This document shows positions 50,943-60,415 of a stretch of DNA of 64,000 nucleotides, one piece after another. Source of the DNA: Nitrospirota bacterium (GTDB lineage: Bacteria; Nitrospirota; Thermodesulfovibrionia; Thermodesulfovibrionales; Dissulfurispiraceae); contig CAWBMP010000005.1 of NCBI GenBank assembly GCA_963790025.1, positions 192,001-256,000 of the forward strand, given 5' to 3'. The translations under genes were made by a program, and so were the position numbers. Under the pieces are notes generated by a model, which saw nothing but the letters and a program-made list of their open reading frames with translations, was not told the DNA's origin and did not search any database. Each line of letters opens with the position of its first letter. Positions within the stretch are counted from its first letter, which is position 1.

Positions 50943-52808
50943 ATGAAAGTCGACGGGAAAAGCATTCAAGGTTTTGAGGCTGAAACAATTCAGCTTGAAA
51001 AGCTTGCCAAACTGGTCCGCTACTTTATACTTACTTCTACTACAGAAGCCGGCTCCGGCCATCCGACTTCCTCATTGTCGGCTGCTGATTTGATCACGGG
51101 CCTTATGTTCCGGGGATTTTTCAGGTACGATAGCGAAAGCCCTGATCATCCCAACAACGACCGGCTGATCTTCTCGAAAGGCCACGCATCACCGCTTCTT
51201 TATTCCTTATGGACTGTGGCGGGAAAAATAAGCGAACAGGAATTGATGACGTACAGGAAATTCGGCAGCACGCTGGAGGGTCATCCTACCGTCAGTTTCC
51301 GGTATGCTGAGGCGGCAACGGGCTCGTTGGGACAAGGACTCTCTATCGGAGCGGGCATGGCATTGAACGCCAAATATCTTGACAAGCTTCCCTATCGGAC
51401 TTACGTACTTCTCGGCGACAGCGAGATGGCGGAAGGCTCGCAATGGGAGGCAATGCAGTTAGCCGCTCATTACGGGCTCAATAATCTTACCGGCATTCTT
51501 GATGTTAACCGGTTGGGACAGCGCGGTGAAACGATGTACGGCCATGATCTGGAGGCTTATGCATCGAGAATTGCTTCATTCGGCTGGGAAACGATTATTA
51601 TAGACGGTCATAATTTCGATGAGATACTGCTGGCTTATGACAGGGCCCTGAAGAGCATGGATAAGCCGGTGATGATCATTGCCAGGACTATCAAAGGGAA
51701 GGGTGTGCCTTTCGTGGAAGATAAAAACGGATGGCATGGGAAAACATTGAGCAGGGAACAGCTCGATCAGGCACTCAAGGATTTAGGGCCCATAGATACC
51801 TCATTGAGGGGTGAAATATCCAAACCCGAAGACCTCCATCCCGAAAGCCGCTCCTCAGGTAACGCCGGACTGCTCTCATACGAGGATGGAAAGCCCGTTG
51901 CAACTAGAAGGGCTTACGGAAATGCGCTGAAGAGGATATTCCCCCAGTTCCCGGATATAGTAGTGCTCGACGCGGAAGTGAGCAATTCAACATATTCTGA
52001 ATTTTTCAGGGATGCATACCCAGATCGTTTTTTCGAGATGTACATTGCCGAGCAGAATATGGTCGGCGCGGCATTGGGTCTCACTTGCAGGGGGAAAATC
52101 CCCTTTGTATCAACCTTCGCTGCGTTCTTCACCCGTGCCTTTGACCAGATCAGAATGATACAGTATTCTGAGTCGAACATAAAATTCAGCGGGTCCCATG
52201 CCGGTGTATCCATTGGACAGGACGGGCCTTCCCAAATGGGTCTCGAGGATATCGCCATGTTCAGGTCGGTGCTGAACAGTGTAGTGCTGTATCCTTGTGA
52301 TGCGATCTCCACCGAGAAGCTGGTGGAAGAGGCCGCGCGGCATAAAGGAATGGTCTATATACGCACCACAAGAGAAAATACCCCTCTTGTATATGGCCCT
52401 CATGAGGAATTCCCCATCGGAAAGTGCAAGGTGCTGAGGCCCTGCGTCAATAGTTGTATCGTTGTCATCGCTGCAGGTGTGACGGTATTTGAAGCGCTTC
52501 GCGCCTATGAGGAACTTGCAAAAGAAGGCATTTTTATCGGGGTCATCGATCTTTACTGCATAAAGCCCATCGACAGCGGGGAGCTTAAACGGGCAATAGG
52601 CGGGTGCAGGACAGTCATAACCGTAGAAGACCATCACGAGGAGGGCGGTATCGGCGAGGCTGTCAGAAGCGCTCTTGCCGGTGAACCGACACCGGTATAT
52701 TCTCTGGCTGTGCGTAAGATACCCAAAAGCGGAAAGCCGGAAGAGTTGCTTGAATACGAAGAAATTTCGAAGAACGCTATTGTAAAAAAAATAAGGGAGG
52801 TCATATGA
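50943..52808 (+). CDS. tkt: transketolase
   Basis: SGHPTSSLS, SKGHA, TGSLGQG, GDSEMAEGSQWEA...N, IAEQNM, DGPSQM. Confidence 0.95.
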   Translation: MKVDGKSIQGFEAETIQLEKLAKLVRYFILTSTTEAGSGHPTSSLSAADLITGLMFRGFFRYDSESPDHPNNDRLIFSKGHASPLLYSLWTVAGKISEQELMTYRKFGSTLEGHPTVSFRYAEAATGSLGQGLSIGAGMALNAKYLDKLPYRTYVLLGDSEMAEGSQWEAMQLAAHYGLNNLTGILDVNRLGQRGETMYGHDLEAYASRIASFGWETIIIDGHNFDEILLAYDRALKSMDKPVMIIARTIKGKGVPFVEDKNGWHGKTLSREQLDQALKDLGPIDTSLRGEISKPEDLHPESRSSGNAGLLSYEDGKPVATRRAYGNALKRIFPQFPDIVVLDAEVSNSTYSEFFRDAYPDRFFEMYIAEQNMVGAALGLTCRGKIPFVSTFAAFFTRAFDQIRMIQYSESNIKFSGSHAGVSIGQDGPSQMGLEDIAMFRSVLNSVVLYPCDAISTEKLVEEAARHKGMVYIRTTRENTPLVYGPHEEFPIGKCKVLRPCVNSCIVVIAAGVTVFEALRAYEELAKEGIFIGVIDLYCIKPIDSGELKRAIGGCRTVITVEDHHEEGGIGEAVRSALAGEPTPVYSLAVRKIPKSGKPEELLEYEEISKNAIVKKIREVI

Positions 52809-53698
52809 GACCCCGGAATCTTAGGTCAAGAATATTTCTGGATGGCGGCGATGCCGGCGAGACCAAGGAAATTATAGGCATGCTCGGTTTTCTTGACGGG
52901 CAGACGACAAATCCGACCCTCATCTCTAAAAACCCGGGGGCCAAAGAGCGTCTTAAGAATGGGAGCAAATTCAGTGAACAAGAGATTTTCGATTTTTACA
53001 GGGGTGTTGTAAAGAATGTTTCCGCGTTGGTCCCCGAAGGGTCCGTCTCTGTTGAAGTGTATGCCGATCCGTCGACTGCCGCGGAAAAAATGCTGGCGAT
53101 GGGGAGAGAGATGTTTTCCTGGATACCCAATGCGCATATAAAGTTCCCCTCGTCGAAGGAAGGGCTTAAGGCCGCCGGGCAGGCGGTCAAAGAGGGACTC
53201 CGCGTCAATATGACGCTTTGCTTCACTCAGGAGCAGGCTGCCGCTGTTTATGCCGCAACGCTGGGCGCCAAAAGAGGCCAGGTGTTTGTGTCACCCTTTA
53301 TAGGAAGGCTTGATGATAGGGGCGAAAACGGAATGGACCTGATCGACAATATTTTAAAGATGTACCGCGGGGGCGACGGCCATGTGGAGGTCTTGACTGC
53401 AAGTGTGCGAAACATGGACCACTTTCTCTATGCGTTGAAACTCGGCTCCGACATCATTACGGCTCCGTATGAGATATTGAAGGAATGGGGGAAGGGCGGC
53501 CTGACTTTTCCTGATGACAGCTATAGATATAAAAGTGGAGGACTTAAAAGTATACCTTATAAAGATATAGATCTGTCGGCTGATTGGCATGAGTATGACA
53601 TTGCCGATGACCTGACGGTAAAGGGTATGGAAAAGTTCTCGAAAGACTGGAATGACCTCATAGCACAGCCTGCTGTAGCGCCGAAGCAGCCGGTATGA
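52805..53698 (+). CDS. tal: transaldolase family protein
   Basis: FLD, TTNPTL, VSVEV, IKFP, VNMTLCF, VSPFIGRLDD, ASVR. Confidence 0.92.
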   Translation: MRPRNLRSRIFLDGGDAGETKEIIGMLGFLDGQTTNPTLISKNPGAKERLKNGSKFSEQEIFDFYRGVVKNVSALVPEGSVSVEVYADPSTAAEKMLAMGREMFSWIPNAHIKFPSSKEGLKAAGQAVKEGLRVNMTLCFTQEQAAAVYAATLGAKRGQVFVSPFIGRLDDRGENGMDLIDNILKMYRGGDGHVEVLTASVRNMDHFLYALKLGSDIITAPYEILKEWGKGGLTFPDDSYRYKSGGLKSIPYKDIDLSADWHEYDIADDLTVKGMEKFSKDWNDLIAQPAVAPKQPV

Positions 53699-54150
53699 AG
53701 GTGGCTCTCGGAGCGGACCATGGAGGGTTTCTTTTTAAGAATATGATAGCCGCATTACTGGCTGAAAAGGGACACGAGGTGCTTGATTTTGGAGCGTCTT
53801 CGCCCGAACCCTCGGATTATCCCGATTATGCAAAGCTTGTTGCCGCGGCTATTCGGGAGGGTAAGGCGGAAAGGGGCATTCTTTTTTGCGGCAGCGGAGT
53901 GGGCATCTGTGTTGCTGCAAATAAATTTCCGGGTATAAGGGCCTGTTTATGCCATGATTCCTATTCCGCACACCAGGGAGTGGAGCACGACGATATGAAC
54001 GTGCTCTGTTTGGGTGAGCGGGTCATCGGACCCGAATTGGCGAAGGAAATAGTGCAGATCTTCCTTGCCGCACGATTTTCCGGTGCCGAGCGGCATGTGC
54101 GGAGGCTCGAAAAAGTCAGGGAGATAGAGCGGACTATTATGCACGTATGA
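53695..54150 (+). CDS. rpiB: ribose-5-phosphate isomerase B
   Basis: GADHGG, DYPD, CGSGVG...ANK, RHVRR. Confidence 0.95.
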   Translation: MKVALGADHGGFLFKNMIAALLAEKGHEVLDFGASSPEPSDYPDYAKLVAAAIREGKAERGILFCGSGVGICVAANKFPGIRACLCHDSYSAHQGVEHDDMNVLCLGERVIGPELAKEIVQIFLAARFSGAERHVRRLEKVREIERTIMHV

Positions 54151-54180
54151 ACGCCATTTTCGGTGTACCTGGAGGCTGCC

Positions 54181-55737
54181 ATGGCCGACGACACAGATAA
54201 AGACATCCTATACAGCAAGTTCTTGCAGACATGCGATATACCGGTTGAGCAGACCGTGATCGAACCCTTTACTATAGTTATCTTTGGCGGGACCGGGGAC
54301 CTGAGCCAAAGGAAACTCCTGCCTTCAATTTTTAATCTATTCTGCGACGATATAGTGCCCGACCAAAAATTCTCGGTACTCGGCTTCGGCCGGAATGACA
54401 TTACCGATGAAGGCTACCGGGCGCTTGCGAAGGATGCAGTCATGAAGTTTAGTGAAGTGCAATTTGACGAGGAGAAATGGGACCGCTTCAGCAAGCATCT
54501 TTATTTTCTTTCGGGAGTTTTCGAAAACGATGAAAATTATGTGAGGCTGCATGATAAAACCAGCCGGATCACTCTGCCTGATTCAAAAGGAGACAAGGAA
54601 GTCATTTACTATATGGCGGTCCCGCCGCAGGTGGTACCGACTGTCGTTCAGAAATTAAAGAAACACAATCTCCGCCAGGGAACCATGACGGCCAAAATAA
54701 TAGTCGAGAAACCGTTCGGGAGAGACCGCCGGTCAGCAGTTGAACTGAACAATATATTGACGGATGCCTTTAAAGAAAACCAGATATACCGTATCGATCA
54801 TTATCTGGGAAAAGATCCCATACAGAATATTATATTCCTGCGTTTTATCAATTCAGTTTTCGCTGAGATGTGGAACCGGCATTATGTGGACAATGTGCAG
54901 ATAACGGTTGCCGAAGAGGTAGGCGTCGAGCACCGGGGCGCGTTTTATGAACAGGCTGGGGTAGTAAGAGATATAGTGCAGAACCACCTCCTGCAGCTTT
55001 TAGGCCTCATCGCGATGGAGCCCCCGGTCGGGTTTCAGGCCGATTTTATCCGCGATGAAAAATTAAAAATACTCAGGGCCATCCATTCGATAGATGCAAA
55101 GTATGTAGATCATTACATCGTGAGGGGCCAGTACGGCAAGGGAATTATAGGAGGCAGTGAGGCGCCGGGCTACCGTGATGAAGACCGGGTGGCGCCTGAT
55201 TCAAACACGCCGACTTTTTTTGCCGGCAAATTTTACATTGATAATTTGCGATGGGCAGGGGTACCGTTTTATATCCGTACCGGGAAGCGCATGCCGAGGC
55301 GAGTCACCGATATCTGTATACAGCTTAAACATGTTCCGGTCAAACTGTTTGGCCGGACCTGTGACGTACTGGAGCCGAACATTCTTATTCTGACTATTCA
55401 GCCCGATGAGAAGATTTCGCTGCGCTTCAGTGTCAAATACCCTTATTCCGAGAACCAGGTATATCCGGTGGATATGGTTTTCAACTATAGCGAAGTATTT
55501 AAGATGCAGAAACGTCCGGCTTATGAGCGGTTGCTTATCGACATGCTGAAAGGCGATTTGACCCTTTTTGTCAGGGAAGATGCGGTAGAGGAGATGTGGG
55601 ACATAGTGGAAGAGATCAACAGTCGATGGGAAAACACTCCCGATGCAGAGTTCCCTAATTACGCGGCAGGCACCTGGGGACCGGAGGAGGCGCATCAACT
55701 TCTTGAGAGGGACGGGCGTCACTGGATAACAAAGTAA
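54181..55737 (+). CDS. zwf: glucose-6-phosphate 1-dehydrogenase
   Basis: GGTGDL..RKL.P, EKPFG, RIDHYLGK, RDIVQNH, RW.GVPFYIRTGKR. Confidence 0.97.
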   Translation: MADDTDKDILYSKFLQTCDIPVEQTVIEPFTIVIFGGTGDLSQRKLLPSIFNLFCDDIVPDQKFSVLGFGRNDITDEGYRALAKDAVMKFSEVQFDEEKWDRFSKHLYFLSGVFENDENYVRLHDKTSRITLPDSKGDKEVIYYMAVPPQVVPTVVQKLKKHNLRQGTMTAKIIVEKPFGRDRRSAVELNNILTDAFKENQIYRIDHYLGKDPIQNIIFLRFINSVFAEMWNRHYVDNVQITVAEEVGVEHRGAFYEQAGVVRDIVQNHLLQLLGLIAMEPPVGFQADFIRDEKLKILRAIHSIDAKYVDHYIVRGQYGKGIIGGSEAPGYRDEDRVAPDSNTPTFFAGKFYIDNLRWAGVPFYIRTGKRMPRRVTDICIQLKHVPVKLFGRTCDVLEPNILILTIQPDEKISLRFSVKYPYSENQVYPVDMVFNYSEVFKMQKRPAYERLLIDMLKGDLTLFVREDAVEEMWDIVEEINSRWENTPDAEFPNYAAGTWGPEEAHQLLERDGRHWITK

Positions 55738-55739
55738 GG

Positions 55740-55900
55740 GACGGTCTCGTAAAAAGTCCATATGCTGCGTTGCACTGCATCCTTCGTCACTCGCACCCCA
55801 AAAGACTTCGGCTTTTGGGGACCCCGTGCGGCGTACGAAAAAGTACGCCTCATTCCTCAGGATTTGCGCGCCTTGCCTATGAACTTTTTACGAAACCGTC
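55740..55900. mobile_element. MITE-like element with 21-bp terminal inverted repeats and internal hairpins
   Basis: GACGGTCTCGTAAAAAGTCCA...TGAACTTTTTACGAAACCGTC (19/21); non-coding; fills the zwf-pgl gap. Confidence 0.75.
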
Positions 55901-55914
55901 AGGTATAGTTGGTA

Positions 55915-56667
55915 ATGGATAATTCGCGACGGGTATTGGTTTTCGGAAGTGGCGACGAGATGGCGGATTTTATGGTGGAGCGGTGGAGTGAACTCTCCAG
56001 TTCTGCCATCGAAAGCAGGGGGTATTTTGCTGCGGCCCTTTCGGGAGGAGAAACACCGGTCCGTTTTTACCGCAAACTTGCTGCGCGGGGAGCAGGTTTT
56101 CAGTGGAACAAGATACATCTGTTCCTCGCCGACGAGCGCTTTGTCCACCCGGACCATACTGACAGCAATTACCATTTGCTCCGTGAGACACTCTTAAAGG
56201 ACCTGCCGGTCCCCGGCAGTAATATCCATGCGGTGACTACCGATGGACCGGACGCGCAGTTATCGGCGAGAAAATATGAAGAGGAAATGAAAAAGTTTTT
56301 TAAGACCACGGGGGAAGGCCTTCCCGAATTTGACCTTATTATGCTGGGCCTTGGTACGGACGGACATACCGCATCGCTTTTTCCAGGGGATAAGGCACTC
56401 GATGATACACGGCATCTTGCTTGTGCAGTGGACCTTGACAATGTCCGGCACGACCGGATTACGCTGACACTTCCGGTGATCAACAATGCCCGTATGGTGG
56501 TATTTCTCGTTAGCGGAAAGACCAAGGCATCGGTGTTCCGCGATGTTGTGGAGAGTAGGGACCACCATTTTCCCGCCTCACTGGTGGACCCTGAGAAGGG
56601 GAGCTTGTTGTTTCTCGCCGATACGGAGGCCGCACAGTATTTGACTGAAACTCACATCCGGCGATAA
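55915..56667 (+). CDS. pgl: 6-phosphogluconolactonase
   Basis: LSGGETP, DERFV...SNY, LGLGTDGHTASLFP, RITLTLP. Confidence 0.95.
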   Translation: MDNSRRVLVFGSGDEMADFMVERWSELSSSAIESRGYFAAALSGGETPVRFYRKLAARGAGFQWNKIHLFLADERFVHPDHTDSNYHLLRETLLKDLPVPGSNIHAVTTDGPDAQLSARKYEEEMKKFFKTTGEGLPEFDLIMLGLGTDGHTASLFPGDKALDDTRHLACAVDLDNVRHDRITLTLPVINNARMVVFLVSGKTKASVFRDVVESRDHHFPASLVDPEKGSLLFLADTEAAQYLTETHIRR

Positions 56668-56881
56668 GGAGTTGTCATTCGCACTCTGACTTACTTTGCC
56701 ATAACGGCAATCAACTTTAGTAGACACTATTTGATCTGGTAGTATACAACCAAGTATAGCTTGCACCTGATACTTGACACCGGAGATTCTTTTTCAGGAC
56801 TCTCGATTTTCGTTACTAACCCTCGGACTTATGCTGATGAGCAGGATTGTGAAAGCTTAGATATGTCGTCCATGAGAAAGC

Positions 56882-56908
56882 TAAATGCACGAACGCAAGC
56901 CTGACCCT
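56882..56908 (+). repeat. orphan copy of the RAYT terminal repeat
   Basis: TAAATGCACGAACGCAAGCCTGACCCT, 24/27 to the reverse complement of 57363-57389. Confidence 0.8.
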
Positions 56909-57128
56909 CAAGCCTTCCCAGTATCTTTTCCCCAAGTGCGAGGATGTGTTTGTTTGCTTCTGGGTTGGGGAGTCCAGGCTTGTTTTCTGATAAGATTTTA
57001 CGGATACTTTCTGCGGACTTTAAGATAACATCGTGATCAAAGCTGTATCAGCTAAAACTGATCGGAAAGGGAGCGCTGGAAGGAGTATAATAAATCATAA
57101 ATAAAAAACAATTTAATTCGGAGGAAAT

Positions 57129-57293
57129 ATGATTATGACTGTAGAAGAAGCTAAAAAGAAATGGTGTCCTTTATTCAGTATTATGAAAGATAGTCACACA
57201 TACTGCGAGGCATCTGACTGCATGATGTGGAAAGCGGTCAGGATGGGTGACGTTATGGAAGGATGCTGCAGTCTTGCGGGGAGGGAAGCATAA
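57129..57293 (+). CDS. small Cys-rich protein (54 aa, MIMTVEEAKKKWCP...CEASDCMMW...GCCSLAG)
   Basis: RBS GGAGG; five Cys; below the ORF-track cutoff. Confidence 0.6.
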   Translation: MIMTVEEAKKKWCPLFSIMKDSHTYCEASDCMMWKAVRMGDVMEGCCSLAGREA

Positions 57294-57362
57294 AGATTAA
57301 AGAATCAAGGGGAATCACGAACACAAATGAAAGGAGGATTGAGCCCATGAAAAGGAAACAAT

Positions 57363-58343
57363 GGGGTCAGGCTTGCATACGTGCATTTAAGTGTACTATA
57401 TTTTGGCATCATGGCAAGGCCGCCACGCATAGAATTTCCCGGAGCGTTTTATCATGTAATAGTCCGTGGCAATCTGAAGCAGGACATTTTTATAGATGAA
57501 CAAGATAGGCTTGAGTATCTTGAGCGCATAAAACGTTATAAAGAAAAATGCGGATTTATTTTTTATGCATACATCCTTATGACAAACCATGTACATTTAC
57601 TCATTGAGACCCCCAAAGCGCCTTTATCAAAGATAATGCAACTTATAAATTTCACATACACACAGTATTTTAATAAGAAATACAATAAGGTCGGGCATCT
57701 TTTTCAGGGCAGGTATAAGTCTTTTCTGTGTGACCGGGACGAATATCTTTTAGGGCTGCTCAGATATATACATCTGAATCCGGTACGTGCAGGAATAGTA
57801 AGCAGACCGGAGGCTTACAAATGGAGCAGTCATAATCAATACTTAAAGGAAGGTAATGGGATAGTTGACGCTGAGAGGGTTTTAAGGCTTTTTTCGGAGA
57901 AAGTATCAGAAGCTCGGAAGCGATACAGAGGTTTTGTAAAAGAGGCGATAGGCGCTGAAAGAGACGACTCGTTTTACAAGGCTGTAGATCAGCAGATAGT
58001 AGGAGGGGATAAGTTTTTAGAAATAATAGAAGATAAAATTGATGAATTGGACAGGCCGATAAGAAAGCTTACGTTGAAAAAGGCCATAAAGGCAGTTGAG
58101 GAAGTGACAGGCGTACTTTGGGATGAGATAAGCTCCCGAAGCAGGAGCAAGGAAGTAATATTTGCGCGAGGATTATTAGTTGGGGTATGGAGAGAGGCGG
58201 GGCATCGGATGGTGAACTTACAGCCCCAACTGAGGAGGGACTTATCAGTGCTTTCAAGATTGTCAAAAATCTCAGAGAGTGAAAGAGGACGAAAAGCCAT
58301 GAAACAAATATTTCACATGCTAAATGCATGAACGCAAGCCTGA
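57363..58343 (+). mobile_element. RAYT-like element bounded by 27-bp inverted repeats (right repeat split by IS110)
   Basis: Left GGGGTCAGGCTTGCATACGTGCATTTA; right TAAATGCATGAACGCAAGCCTGA plus CCCC at 59727-59730. Confidence 0.75.
57411..58331 (+). CDS. REP-associated / IS200-like HUH Y1 transposase with C-terminal HTH
   Basis: MARPPR....GAFYHVIVRGN, LMTNHVHLL (HUH), GHLFQGRYKS, YIHLNPVRAG, Y.WSS. Confidence 0.9.
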   Translation: MARPPRIEFPGAFYHVIVRGNLKQDIFIDEQDRLEYLERIKRYKEKCGFIFYAYILMTNHVHLLIETPKAPLSKIMQLINFTYTQYFNKKYNKVGHLFQGRYKSFLCDRDEYLLGLLRYIHLNPVRAGIVSRPEAYKWSSHNQYLKEGNGIVDAERVLRLFSEKVSEARKRYRGFVKEAIGAERDDSFYKAVDQQIVGGDKFLEIIEDKIDELDRPIRKLTLKKAIKAVEEVTGVLWDEISSRSRSKEVIFARGLLVGVWREAGHRMVNLQPQLRRDLSVLSRLSKISESERGRKAMKQIFHMLNA

Positions 58344-59726
58344 ACATCCCGCTGGAATTTTCAATATATTTTTTCTTATTTAGATAAGATGTACCCTCTG
58401 TTCTCCTTCAGCATCTTGAAAATAACACGGCAAAGATGACGACCAAGCGCACGTAGTGCCTGGTTATGTTTCTTGCCTTCAGCTCTTTTTTTCTCATAAT
58501 ATTGTTGAGACTGCGGAACTTGTTTTCGGTGCCGATCTACGGCAACCATCATTGCGGCCTTAGCCCGAGTATTAACCTGCGTTGGTGGTTTTGATCCTTT
58601 TTGCTTGCCTGAACTATTGTCAAGATTCGCCATCCCAATATACAGAGCCAGACTTGCTTCGCTGCCAAAGCGCTCGATAGTTCCAATCTCTCCGGCGAGT
58701 TCAGATGTACAAATGGAACCGAATCCTGGAATGGTTGCGAGCGTTTGCGCAATATCCGAGCCGTGTGCAACACCCTCCATCTTTGCTTCAAGTGATTTTA
58801 TCTTGGCATGGAGTTCCATCACGCGGATTGCATCTTCCTGGATCATTTCACCGACCCACTCGACGTCGTGACTAAACTGTGCTGTTTTCTGCCATTCAAC
58901 AATAACAGAGGCATATTTCTTACCAATGCCCGGATCTTGCGGATAGTTGTTTCCCGCATGCGTGCAAGCGTGCGAAGGTCATCCGTGCTGGTCAGAAATC
59001 CAAGAAACCACATATTGTCGGCCTCACCGGTAATCTCCAGAAGTCCCGGACATACAGCGTGAAGATCGGCCTGTAGGTTGTTTACTACCCGTACTCGCTC
59101 ATCGACCAAACGACGCCGGCGCCGTGATAGCCGCTTTAGAATGTCGTTGTCCCGCGGCGTTTTGCGTACCTCCTGCAGCACATCCTTGGCTATCGGCAGA
59201 TGATCTCGAAGCTGAAAAAGCTCCAGTCCTTTCCTTGCGTCGATTGCATCGGTCTTCGCGGCACCGGGGAATATCTCCTTGAATCGAGCAAGCTTGAGAT
59301 TGTTGATATTGAAGAGGCGATAATTGCGGGCTCGAACGAGCGTGTCCAGCGGACGTGCGTAGCCGTTGAAGCCCTCCATTGCTACGGCAACGGGACAACT
59401 AAACCTTTGCTCCTGCTTCTCGATGCGACAGAAGAATTGCCGGAACCCTTCAGGTTCATGCACGATTGAGAATTCATCGAGGACTTCACCGCTGGATAGG
59501 CCGATTGCAACGTTGTGACTGCGGCAGCCAATATCGACGCTTACACGCAGTTCGAGGGGATCATCTTTTTTCATGTAGTCTCCTTTGCAGACAAGATTAT
59601 CATCCTCAGGTCTCGTCTACTTACAGAGCCACATTTGGCACCATCCCGGTCGACCCTTTTGAGGATGATGCAGATGACGGAGGCGGCATTTCAGACTCAA
59701 GTGAGCCTGAATGAACAGGCCACTGA
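58340..59726 (-). mobile_element. IS110-family element (about 1.39 kb) flanked by a CTGA core
   Basis: CTGA at both junctions; removing the element restores the RAYT terminal repeat; about 150-nt structured leader upstream of the transposase. Confidence 0.8.
58376..59574 (-). pseudogene. IS110-family recombinase with a 1-nt frameshift near 58931
   Basis: DEDD domain VDIG, AMEG, KTDAIDA; C-terminal TIPGFG...SSGK; adding one C restores KIPGIGKKYA and joins the two ORFs. Confidence 0.85.
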
Positions 59727-60070
59727 CCCCACAAGCCACACCCCCGTTAAGCATATCTTACATGAATAAAGCTGCCATAGTCATCTGCATAAATCCTATG
59801 GTAGACCCCAGCACCAGCAATCTTTCGAGCTTTACAAAAAAGGTTACCCCGTGAAGCAGATACGGGATACTGTAGAAAAGGAATTCAAATAATAACTCCC
59901 ATATGGTGGCAGTTGATGTACAAAACCAACACTGCCGCTGAGATGGCCGGGACGTTTGTTCCTTAGTGAACATCCGTTTCTCGGCTATGCTCATCGATGC
60001 GTGTTATAGAAAAAGCACCTTGTAACCCCCTAATTCACAACGCAGACGACCGCCTGCCTTATGAGCAGTA

Positions 60071-60415
60071 TCAGGTGCAGCCAGCAGGTTGCGGAATCCC
60101 CGCATACCTGCAGATCCGTTGTAGAGGCTTTTCAGGGAATAGTGAGTACAGCACCTTTATCGAGTATCGCTCACTGCCCAACTGCCGGTTTAACCTTTTC
60201 ACAATCACTTTCGGCATCGGGCTAATGTTGAATGTTCGGTAATAATCGCGAGCAAAACGGATTACCTGCCAGTGTTCATCAGTCAGCAACATGCCGTCTG
60301 CCGCACTGTAATATTCGGCAACCTGCGGAGACCAGTCATCAGGGTTGGCAAGGAAGCCGTCGGCATCCAGCTCAATGGTTTTACCGCCTATCGTAATATG
60401 GTTGTTTGCATCCAT
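60071..60415 (-). CDS. DsrC/TusE family sulfur-relay protein with both C-terminal cysteines
   Basis: DADGFL....W, LTDEHW.VI...R.YY, LY.LFP, C-terminal CRYAGIPQPAGCT (Cx10C). Confidence 0.88.
   Translation of the reverse strand: MDANNHITIGGKTIELDADGFLANPDDWSPQVAEYYSAADGMLLTDEHWQVIRFARDYYRTFNISPMPKVIVKRLNRQLGSERYSIKVLYSLFPEKPLQRICRYAGIPQPAGCT

Noticed and set aside
58344..58375. Junction promoter formed on IS110 circularisation
   Set aside because: A TTGAAA -35-like box exists, but I found no convincing -10 at correct spacing across the predicted junction
58920..58940. Programmed frameshift in the IS110 gene
   Set aside because: No slippery run is present and IS110 recombinases are single ORFs; a 1-nt deletion or sequencing error is more likely
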